Assembly: GCA_036262105.1 (NCBI GenBank) | Contig: DATAJN010000512.1 | Coordinates: 1 to 32,780 of the forward strand | Length of the DNA: 32,780 bases | From: Ilumatobacteraceae bacterium | GTDB lineage: Bacteria; Actinomycetota; Acidimicrobiia; Acidimicrobiales; Ilumatobacteraceae | Direction: 5' to 3' | In this document: positions 9,684-16,533 of the stretch, one piece after another | How the letters are laid out: every line of letters starts with the position of its first letter | How positions within the stretch are numbered: position 1 is the first letter of the stretch | Program-made: the position numbers and the translations under genes | Notes under the pieces: generated by a model | What the model was told of the DNA's origin: nothing | The model's input: the letters and a program-made list of their open reading frames with translations, nothing else | Databases searched by the model: none

Positions 9684-10816
9684 GGTTCCTTCTTTCGCGC
9701 TATCGCGGCGACCTCTTCGGTGAGGTCGATACCCGCCGGGCACCAGGTGATGCAACGGCCACATCCGACACAACCCGACTCGCCGAATTGGTCCCACCAG
9801 GTGGACAGCTTGTGGGTCAGCCATTGCCGGTACCGCGAACGAGTGTCGCCGCGCACGCTGCCGGCGCCGTGCAGCATCGAATGGCCCAGCGTGAAGCACG
9901 AGTCCCATCGCTGCACGCGCTCGGCCCTGTCGCCATCGAGCGAGTTGACGTCTTCCACCGCGAAGCAGAAGCATGTCGGGCACACGAGCGTGCAATTGGT
10001 GCACGACAGGCAGCGCTCGGCAACGTCGTCCCAGCGCGGATGCTCGAGGTTGGCGATCAGCACATCGCGGGCGACCGTCGGTTCGAGGCGTCGTGTCATC
10101 TTCACGGCAGTCTCGGTGAGGACGTGATCCTTCGCAGTGAGGTCAGCCTCGGTTGCAGGGCGCCATGAGACCATCGACTGGACTTCGGCGAGCACCTCGG
10201 CACCGCGCTCGCTGCCGACCTCGACGAGCAGCTCGTGCGCATCGTGTGAGAGCAGCTCGGTCGCCGCGAGGTCGTGGCCAACCTCGACCATTGGTCCGGT
10301 GCCCATCGATGTGCAGAAGCACGTGGAGGCCGGGCTGGCACAATTCACTCCGACGAAGAAGGCGCGCTCGCGCGCTCGAACGTATGCCGGGTCGGGATAC
10401 GGGCCATCGCGCAACACCCGATCCTGTACGGCGATCGCGGCGAGCTCGCATGCCTTCACGCCGAGGAACGCATACGCAGGTGGTTCAGCGACGTCGTCGT
10501 AGAACTGGAAGCTGTCATCGACGCGGACCGCGGACCACAGGGTCCTTCTCGGCGGCGACAGGTAGCGGCGTGGCGATTGCGGCCCGACCGCGTAGGCGAA
10601 GAGCGATCGATCGTCGTGCCGGTGCACCCGGTACGTGGCTGCCTCTTGCTCGTCGGTCCAGCCGACAGGAAGACTTCGTGAATCGCGGAGCTCGTCGAGC
10701 ACGATCGCCCCGTCACGCACCCGCGGGCCGATCACGGTGTAGCCGCGGCGTCCCAGAGTTGCGATCAGCTCGTCCACGCCGCGTTCGGCCGGGGCGAGTA
10801 CGAGACCATTGGCCAC
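9680..10816 (-). CDS. hyhB: 4Fe-4S dicluster subunit, group 3b beta-type (AsrA-like)
   Basis: '[16 protein letters not shown]' and '[15 protein letters not shown]', plus '[16 protein letters not shown]'. GTG start at 10816 with only a weak ribosome-binding site, so the start is somewhat uncertain. Confidence 0.85.
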   Translation of the reverse strand: MANGLVLAPAERGVDELIATLGRRGYTVIGPRVRDGAIVLDELRDSRSLPVGWTDEQEAATYRVHRHDDRSLFAYAVGPQSPRRYLSPPRRTLWSAVRVDDSFQFYDDVAEPPAYAFLGVKACELAAIAVQDRVLRDGPYPDPAYVRARERAFFVGVNCASPASTCFCTSMGTGPMVEVGHDLAATELLSHDAHELLVEVGSERGAEVLAEVQSMVSWRPATEADLTAKDHVLTETAVKMTRRLEPTVARDVLIANLEHPRWDDVAERCLSCTNCTLVCPTCFCFAVEDVNSLDGDRAERVQRWDSCFTLGHSMLHGAGSVRGDTRSRYRQWLTHKLSTWWDQFGESGCVGCGRCITWCPAGIDLTEEVAAIARKKEP

Positions 10817-10856
10817 GCTTCAAGCATTCCGCATCCGATACGACCTGTCCAGGGAC

Positions 10857-12527
10857 CTATGGCTCTCCGGTCAGGCGCTGGTCTTGCTCAAACGCCTCGG
10901 CCGTGGCGTGTCCTGTCTGCGTGTTTCCACCCGGTCCATAGGCCGAGAGGTAGTGGGCCACCACCACGCTCGAGCCGAGGTAGCGACGGACGGGGTCGAG
11001 AAAGCGGTCCTCGGCGTTCACCGTGGTGCGGCGGTGCTGACGCAGGTGCTCGCCCCACGACTCGACGGTGAACGTTTCGATGAAGCGGTGCGGTGTGGCG
11101 AGATCGCGATACAGGCCCCATCGAAAGGCACCGGTTCGCCGTCGATGGCGCTCGACCAGACGCATTGCTTCGGTGAACGCGTCGACATCGTCGCCCGGAA
11201 CTTCGTACATCACCGTGACAAGCACCGGACCATCGGTGGGGTGAGGCACGATGATGACCGTTGGATCATCGGTGGGCACCAGGCTGAGATCGAGACCGTG
11301 CGCCGCACCGAGGCGCCAACGCAACCCGGAGGCGATGCTGAGGACCATTGCGGTCGCTGCGGCCAGGTGTGCCGAGGTGAGGTTGACGTTGGCGAACGCA
11401 CCCCACGCCGCGCTGCCCAGCGCGACCGCACCCGATAGCACGAGCATGTACAGGCCCATGCCTCGGGCGCGCACCCACTCCGGCAGGACGGCGAATGAGG
11501 CCACCCCAGTACTGGTCAACGCGGTGGCCCACGCCAGGCCACCAAGGAGCATGGCCAGCCCCGTGAGCCACGGGATCCTGCTCGTTCCCTCGACAACGAG
11601 TGTGGCCGCCAGAGCCAGCGACGATTGATAGACGAGCTGGTCGTGGTTGAAGCGGTGATCCAAGCGCGGTCTGATCACTGCGGCCGCGGCAGCGCCCACG
11701 CCGAAGCAACCGAGCAGCAACCCGTAGCCTCCGCTGCTCAATCCGAGACGCCCACGAGCCACGATCGGCAACAGCGCCTGGAGCGCCGCTGCGGGAAGGC
11801 AGAACAGTGCCGTTCGCGTCAGCACGCCGCGAAGGTTGGGGGAGTGAGCCGCGTAACGCAGACCCGCTCGCATCGCCCCGCTGAACGTCTCGGCGGGCAC
11901 CTGTGTCTCGGTCTTCGGCCGGCGCCACCACACCAGCACGCCGACGATCGCCAGGAATGACACGGCGTTGATCAGGAACACCCAACCAGGACCGCCGATG
12001 GCGACGACGAGACCACCAATGGCAGGCCCAACGGCGCGGCCTACGTTGAACGTCAGTGAGCCGAGAGCGAACGCTTGTCGAAACTCGTTCTGCGGGACGA
12101 GATCGGGTTGGATGGCCTGAAAAGCAGGAAAGGTCAATGCCGATCCGGCGCCCAAGCCGAAGGTGAGAGCCAGCAGGCTGGTGGGGGTGACCACATGGGC
12201 AAACGTCATGGCGGCGAGCGCCGCGGCGCATGCCATCATCCAAAGCTGGCCGCCGATCAACAACCGGCGCCGATCGAAGATGTCGGCGAGCGCGCCTCCC
12301 GGGATGCCCACGAGCAGCACAGGCAGCATGCTGGCGGTCGGAACGAGCGCGATGAGGAACGACGAAGCACCGAGGTCGCCCATCAGCCATGCGGATCCGA
12401 CGCTCTGCATGAGCGTGCCGATGTTGGAGGCCAACTGGGCGATGAAGAGCGCTCGAAACACCGTGTGACGAAGGGGCGCCCAGGGCGACTGCCGCACTTG
12501 GGTGGTTGCGGCGGCAGCCTCACTCAT
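10857..12527 (-). CDS. MFS_3 (EntS/'transmembrane secretion effector'-like) transporter with a C-terminal soluble ~135-aa domain
   Basis: The N-terminus 'WAPLRHTVFRALFIAQLASNIGTLMQSVGSAWLM' is typical of MFS_3, and there are about 12 hydrophobic spans. I place the start at the ATG at 12527; the track uses a TTG at 12536. Confidence 0.8.
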   Translation of the reverse strand: MSEAAAATTQVRQSPWAPLRHTVFRALFIAQLASNIGTLMQSVGSAWLMGDLGASSFLIALVPTASMLPVLLVGIPGGALADIFDRRRLLIGGQLWMMACAAALAAMTFAHVVTPTSLLALTFGLGAGSALTFPAFQAIQPDLVPQNEFRQAFALGSLTFNVGRAVGPAIGGLVVAIGGPGWVFLINAVSFLAIVGVLVWWRRPKTETQVPAETFSGAMRAGLRYAAHSPNLRGVLTRTALFCLPAAALQALLPIVARGRLGLSSGGYGLLLGCFGVGAAAAAVIRPRLDHRFNHDQLVYQSSLALAATLVVEGTSRIPWLTGLAMLLGGLAWATALTSTGVASFAVLPEWVRARGMGLYMLVLSGAVALGSAAWGAFANVNLTSAHLAAATAMVLSIASGLRWRLGAAHGLDLSLVPTDDPTVIIVPHPTDGPVLVTVMYEVPGDDVDAFTEAMRLVERHRRRTGAFRWGLYRDLATPHRFIETFTVESWGEHLRQHRRTTVNAEDRFLDPVRRYLGSSVVVAHYLSAYGPGGNTQTGHATAEAFEQDQRLTGEP

Positions 12528-12535
12528 CAGCCGCA

Positions 12536-12541
12536 ACCATA
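12536..12541 (-). promoter_or_regulatory. Candidate -10 hexamer TATGGT for the MFS gene
   Basis: On the minus strand the sequence reads gcgTATGGTtgcggctgATG. The hexamer ends 9 nt before the ATG at 12527, giving a leaderless or near-leaderless transcript. Confidence 0.25.
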
Positions 12542-12554
12542 CGCATCCACCGCC

Positions 12555-12560
12555 TATGGT
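12555..12560 (+). promoter_or_regulatory. Candidate -10 hexamer TATGGT for a leaderless SGNH-hydrolase transcript
   Basis: The hexamer ends exactly 7 nt before the A of the ATG at 12567. There is no Shine-Dalgarno in the 39-nt divergent spacer. Confidence 0.35.
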
Positions 12561-12566
12561 GCGAGG

Positions 12567-14375
12567 ATGCGCGCCAGCTCACCACGACGCATGCCGATGG
12601 TGGCTCGTGCTCTCGTGGCGCTCATCTTCAGTGGGCTCGCCCACACAACAACACCGATCACGGTCCGAGCCGCGCCGGCGCCGGTGGAGGCGTTGCTGAT
12701 CGGTGATTCGGTGCTCAACGGATTGGCGCAGGGCTACAGCACCGCCGGCAGACAAGCGTTGGCAGTGCGCCATTCATTCATCCTCGACACCGCCGGCTGC
12801 CGGAGGTTGATCGCCGCCAGTTGCCGCATCCCACCGGCCACGGCGCCCACCAACGCCATCACTGTGCTCCGGGCCAAGGCGGGCCAGTACGACCGCGCCT
12901 TGGTGGTCGCCGCGGGCTACAACGATGAATCCGACGGACCGTTCGGCGTCGGGGCTGCGGTCGACGCCATGATTGCCGAGGCCGGCCAGCAAGGCATCCA
13001 CCACGTGATCTGGTTGACCTATCGCGAGGCAGGCAACGTCGGCCAATACCGTCGGAGCAACGCGGTTCTGCGCAGCCGCACCGATCCGGAACTGGTGATC
13101 GCCGACTGGGCTTCGCGGAGCGCGAACCTGCCGGCGAGCTGGTTCTCGGGCGACGGCATTCATCTCGGCGGGCAGGCCGCGGCAGCGATGGCCGATCTGA
13201 TCGGCGACACACTCGACCAACTGGTGCCCGAGCGATGCATCTCGGGCACGTGGTCCGGTTCGCCGGCTCCGGGCGGGGCGGCGAGCGCTGGCGCAGCAGT
13301 CGTCGGCGGTGTGCAGCTCTTGCGAACTCCTGCGCGTGTCGTCGACACGCGCGACATGCCCGGCAAGCTCGGCGCCGGCCGGGTTCTCACCGTGCCCATC
13401 GCCGGCCTGAACAGCGTGCCCGCGAACGCCACGGCGGCGGTGGTTTCCGTCACCGCTGTCGAGCCGTGTGCCGACACGTTCCTCACGGTGTATCCGTGCG
13501 GAGGTGCTCCGCCGATCGCATCGATGGTCAACGCTGTCGCGCTGTCGATCGTCGCCAATTCCGGGATCGTCCGTCTCGGCGCCGGGGCGCTGTGCGTGTT
13601 CTCGCCGCAAGCCACCGACGTCGTGGTCGATGTCAGCGGCTGGATCTCAGCCACTGGTCTGCGAACGATGCCCATCTCTCCAACGCGGTTGGTCGACACG
13701 CGACCGGGCGAGCCAGAAGCGCTGGCCGTAGCGCAGCATCGGCTCGATGTCGGTGGCCTGCTGACCGTCGACGTCGGGTCGCTGCCTGGTGCGACAAGCG
13801 CCATGGCGGCGACCGTCAACGTCACCGCGGCGGCGCCGCAAGGAAGCGGCTTCATCAGCGTGCTGCCCGGGCCGTGCGCGAACGTGGTCGTTCCGCCGTC
13901 GACGTCGAATCTCAACGTCACAGCCGGGCACGACGTTGCAGCATCGGCGACCGTGGCGCTCGGTGATGGCGAGTTGTGCGTGTACTCAAGTACCGCCACC
14001 GACCTGGTCGTCGACCTCCAAGCGGTGCACAGCACGGCCGGCGGCGCGACCACGGCAGTTGATCCGCTGCGCATCCTCGACACCCGCGACACCGAACGCA
14101 TCGGGCCTGGCCAATCGCTGATCGTCGATCTCGGCACGGCTCGCGAAGCAGCGATCGTCAACCTCACGGCCGTCGACTCTTCCGGTAGCGGTTTCCTGAC
14201 GCTCTATCCGTGCGGATCCACGGTGCCGACGGCGTCGAACCTGAACGTCACCGTCGGGGTGATCGTTGCCAACCGGGCGTTGGTGTCGACGGGTGGCACG
14301 AGCCGGTTCTGCTTGTTCAGCTCCGTGGAAACTGACGCGGTGATCGATGTCGAGGGCTACGTCACCGACAACTGA
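12567..14375 (+). CDS. Secreted SGNH/GDSL-family hydrolase fused to three tandem beta-rich repeat domains
   Basis: Signal-peptide-like N-terminus (MRASSPRRMPMVARALVALIFSGLAHT). The SGNH blocks are 'LLIGDSVLNG', 'AAGYNDES' and 'GDGIHLG'. The 164 upstream codons of the track ORF are antisense to the MFS gene and are rejected. Confidence 0.8.
   Translation: MRASSPRRMPMVARALVALIFSGLAHTTTPITVRAAPAPVEALLIGDSVLNGLAQGYSTAGRQALAVRHSFILDTAGCRRLIAASCRIPPATAPTNAITVLRAKAGQYDRALVVAAGYNDESDGPFGVGAAVDAMIAEAGQQGIHHVIWLTYREAGNVGQYRRSNAVLRSRTDPELVIADWASRSANLPASWFSGDGIHLGGQAAAAMADLIGDTLDQLVPERCISGTWSGSPAPGGAASAGAAVVGGVQLLRTPARVVDTRDMPGKLGAGRVLTVPIAGLNSVPANATAAVVSVTAVEPCADTFLTVYPCGGAPPIASMVNAVALSIVANSGIVRLGAGALCVFSPQATDVVVDVSGWISATGLRTMPISPTRLVDTRPGEPEALAVAQHRLDVGGLLTVDVGSLPGATSAMAATVNVTAAAPQGSGFISVLPGPCANVVVPPSTSNLNVTAGHDVAASATVALGDGELCVYSSTATDLVVDLQAVHSTAGGATTAVDPLRILDTRDTERIGPGQSLIVDLGTAREAAIVNLTAVDSSGSGFLTLYPCGSTVPTASNLNVTVGVIVANRALVSTGGTSRFCLFSSVETDAVIDVEGYVTDN
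13311..14372 (+). repeat. Three tandem ~110-130-aa protein-domain repeats inside the SGNH hydrolase
   Basis: The units span approximately 13311-13655, 13656-14040 and 14041-14372. Each starts with 'R(V/L/I)(V/L)DTR', has a central 'F(L/I)(T/S)(V/L)(Y/L)P..(C)' segment and ends with 'C(V/L)(F/Y)S...TD.V(V/I)D(V/L).(G/A)'. Confidence 0.7.
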
Positions 14376-14400
14376 CAGGGTGGGTCGAACTGTGCAGCCG

Positions 14401-14417
14401 CGGAACTGCCTGGTTGA
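14401..14417. repeat. Left copy of a perfect 17-nt direct repeat, cggaactgcctggttga
   Basis: Identical to 15766-15782. It lies 26 nt after the SGNH hydrolase stop. Confidence 0.7.
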
Positions 14418-14545
14418 GAATCGGCGCCCCTGCGTATGCGCGACGATCGGCGTATGACCACAGCTGAAGCGCGAATCCGCCAGGCGTCGCGTCACAACTA
14501 GCCGAACTCGTGGCAGCGACGGCTGCTTGGCAACCGCAGCCAACG

Positions 14546-15313
14546 ATGCACGTTCGCCTGCAGGACCAGGATTGCACCTGGGAGCTAGTCCTTGACGAGT
14601 TTGATCCGCCCCCGCTGGAGGAGTGGTCGTCGATCATGTGCGAGGTGGCTCACCACCTTCGGTCCGGTTTGAACAACGTTGTCTACGAAGCAGCGGAGCT
14701 AGCGGCCGGCAGACACCTCACGGAGCACGAGGCTCGCTCGATCGAGTTTCCTATCGTTTCGCACGCAGGCGACTTCGAGGTTGCGGCGCGACGCGGCCTT
14801 CAGCATGCGTATGACTTGCTCGTGGATCATGTCAGAGCATTCCAGCCATATGGAAATGGCGACGGGTTTCTGCAGCCCGGTGCCGGCTTGCTGAACCAGC
14901 ATCCTCTGGAGCTGCTGCGTCTGTTCAACAACTACGACAAACATCGAGTGCGTTGGACCGTCGCGCCGATACCGGTCGTTGTCCAGCTCGACGACGACAA
15001 TGGCTACACGACCATCACGTTCACAACAGATCCCCCGGACCCGATGCCCGAACTCGAACCATCGTCCGCACCAATCGAGAGTGGCACTGTCCTTCTGCGC
15101 CAACGCTGCGGCGTTCCGCTGAAATCGGTCTCCCTGCGCGGCGGGGTCGGACTCGCGCCGGCCATCCTGACGCCTGCTGGCCCGATCGACGCAGTGGTTC
15201 TCGGCCAGTCATGGATACTCGTCGGTGGGCTTGTCATATTGCGTATCGACGACCTGACAGTGTCGATCGACGAGGTCTACCGTCGGCTCCAGATCGCGAT
15301 GACGCCAACATGA
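14546..15313 (+). CDS. Hypothetical protein (orphan; helical N-terminal half, beta-rich C-terminal half)
   Basis: Long ORF in the lower-GC islet with protein-like composition and no overlapping gene. The start is either the ATG at 14546 or the GTG at 14510; neither has a clear RBS or -10 element. I recognise no family. Confidence 0.6.
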   Translation: MHVRLQDQDCTWELVLDEFDPPPLEEWSSIMCEVAHHLRSGLNNVVYEAAELAAGRHLTEHEARSIEFPIVSHAGDFEVAARRGLQHAYDLLVDHVRAFQPYGNGDGFLQPGAGLLNQHPLELLRLFNNYDKHRVRWTVAPIPVVVQLDDDNGYTTITFTTDPPDPMPELEPSSAPIESGTVLLRQRCGVPLKSVSLRGGVGLAPAILTPAGPIDAVVLGQSWILVGGLVILRIDDLTVSIDEVYRRLQIAMTPT

Positions 15314-15358
15314 GCTTGTGGAGGGGACGGACGGCGCATATCTGCCAGTCGCTCGGCG

Positions 15359-15538
15359 CTAGTCGTTCTGCCCGCCCGTGATCGAGAGATCGAGTGCCCC
15401 TTCGCCGTCGATGAACAGCCTTGTTCCATCCTCGAACTCGATCAGTAGCTCCGATGGCCGGTGACGCCGCACGACCCGAACCGTCAGCCCGGCAAGCATT
15501 CCGGTTGCTTCCTCGGCCTCGCGTGAAAGGTTGTCCAT
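15359..15538 (-). CDS. Small hypothetical protein, 59 aa (not in the supplied ORF track)
   Basis: My own translation is MDNLSREAEEATGMLAGLTVRVVRRHRPSELLIEFEDGTRLFIDGEGALDLSITGGQND*. The composition is protein-like and the ORF ends in TAG. A TAGGTT hexamer ends exactly 7 nt before its ATG. It is convergent with the 14546-15313 ORF. Confidence 0.45.
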   Translation of the reverse strand: MDNLSREAEEATGMLAGLTVRVVRRHRPSELLIEFEDGTRLFIDGEGALDLSITGGQND

Positions 15539-15544
15539 CCCCGG

Positions 15545-15550
15545 AACCTA
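15545..15550 (-). promoter_or_regulatory. Candidate -10 hexamer TAGGTT for a leaderless transcript of the 59-aa ORF
   Basis: Minus-strand TAGGTT occupies -12..-7 relative to the A of the ATG at 15538. Confidence 0.35.
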
Positions 15551-15701
15551 ACTTCCGCCACGCGCCAGAACTGCCGTCGTTCGGCGCTTCTTCCTAATGG
15601 ATTTATCGAGCTAGCTCCATAAAGCAAGTGGCGTCGTTGCACTTGGCGTTCTGTACGCGTGATCGTGCTTGCGTCGAGGTTCCGGAGCCGGCGCTCTGCG
15701 C

Positions 15702-15743
15702 TACTTGCGTCGTTGCAGCGAGGTTCCTCTGACGACGCAAGTA
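15702..15743. repeat. Perfect 12-bp inverted repeat (tacttgcgtcgt / acgacgcaagta) around an 18-nt, partly self-pairing loop
   Basis: Read directly from the sequence. The loop tgcagcgaggttcctctg can pair further (cag..ag with ct.ctg). Related units 'cttgcgtcg..aggttcc' and 'gcgtcgttgca' recur at 15631-15641, 15668-15685 and 15707-15717. Confidence 0.7.
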
Positions 15744-15765
15744 CCGCACACGACGTTTTCCGACA

Positions 15766-15782
15766 CGGAACTGCCTGGTTGA
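15766..15782. repeat. Right copy of the perfect 17-nt direct repeat, cggaactgcctggttga
   Basis: Identical to 14401-14417. The flanks on both sides are unrelated. Confidence 0.7.
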
Positions 15783-15886
15783 TCTCGTGCGCTGGATTCT
15801 GGGACTTCGGTACGTCAAGCACGCAAACGCACTCAGGACTACGTCGGTCTCGGGCCGTACCCATTTATCTCACCTCGCTGCCGAAC

Positions 15887-16486
15887 CTAGGACAGGATGA
15901 GTTCGACGTCGACCGGGGTGCCGCCGCCGGGGCCGTTGATCGGCACGATGTCCATCGGGCAGGCCGAGGCGATCACGACGACGTCGACTTCGGCGCGGAA
16001 CAGCACACTGTCGCCCGGCGCCGAGACCGTCGGCTCGAACGTGATGTTGCCCTCCAAGTCCCAGGGGATGTTCATGAACAGGTTCAAGGGCGCCGGGACC
16101 GGCGTCACCCGGGCGATCGACAGGTCGGCCAGTGCCTCGGCGAAGTTGGTGCAACACGAGCGGTGATCGGGCGCTGCACCGAGTTGGGCGTAGCGGAACG
16201 GATCGCAGGCGGCGATCACGGTGTCGTGTACGCCAGGGCTGGTGTCTTCGAGCAGCGTGAGCATCGTCGCCCGCTCCTCGTCGAGCATCTCGTCGCCGGG
16301 CTTGGGGCGCAGGTTTCGCCAGCGAATGCGCGAGTGCTGCATCGACAGGGCAATCTCCGGTCGGTCGGCGCGTACCGCCCAGAAGTCGACGACCTGCGTA
16401 CCGTGGGTGTTGACCACGCGTACCGTGTCGCCCGCCTGCACGTGGACGGCGCGAGCCCTTCCTCCCGGTACGACGACGCTGTTCAT
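15887..16486 (-). CDS. DUF1989 / urea-carboxylase-associated family protein
   Basis: 'VVPGGRARAVHVQAGDTVRVVNTHGTQVVDFWA...MLTLLEDTSPGVHD...CDPFRY...NLFMNIP' matches my recollection of this family. Good Shine-Dalgarno (aaGGGAGag) 6 nt before the ATG. Confidence 0.75.
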   Translation of the reverse strand: MNSVVVPGGRARAVHVQAGDTVRVVNTHGTQVVDFWAVRADRPEIALSMQHSRIRWRNLRPKPGDEMLDEERATMLTLLEDTSPGVHDTVIAACDPFRYAQLGAAPDHRSCCTNFAEALADLSIARVTPVPAPLNLFMNIPWDLEGNITFEPTVSAPGDSVLFRAEVDVVVIASACPMDIVPINGPGGGTPVDVELILS

Positions 16487-16533
16487 CGGCTCTCTCCCTT
16501 TCGGTGCTGAGACATGTCGACAACCTAGTGTTC

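Noticed and set aside
12075-12566. A 164-codon N-terminal extension of the SGNH hydrolase ORF.
   Set aside because: It is antisense to the MFS transporter and has Arg/Gly/His-rich non-protein-like composition. A signal peptide and a correctly spaced -10 hexamer mark 12567 as the real start.
15702-15743. The perfect 12-bp hairpin as an intrinsic terminator for the DUF1989 gene or the islet ORFs.
   Set aside because: No U/T tract directly follows the stem on either strand, and the loop is long (18 nt). I keep it as a structured element of unknown role instead.
14401-15782. The repeat-flanked islet as an insertion sequence, MITE or integron cassette.
   Set aside because: It has no transposase or integrase and no terminal inverted repeats next to the direct repeats. 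The repeat does not fit the GTTRRRY integron core. It is reported only as a generic insertion candidate.
15484-15864. A 126-aa minus-strand ORF covering the repeat/hairpin region. The 283-aa plus-strand ORF at 15659-16510 was considered with it.
   Set aside because: The first has Cys/Arg-rich, non-protein-like composition and spans the dyad repeats. The second is antisense to the DUF1989 gene.
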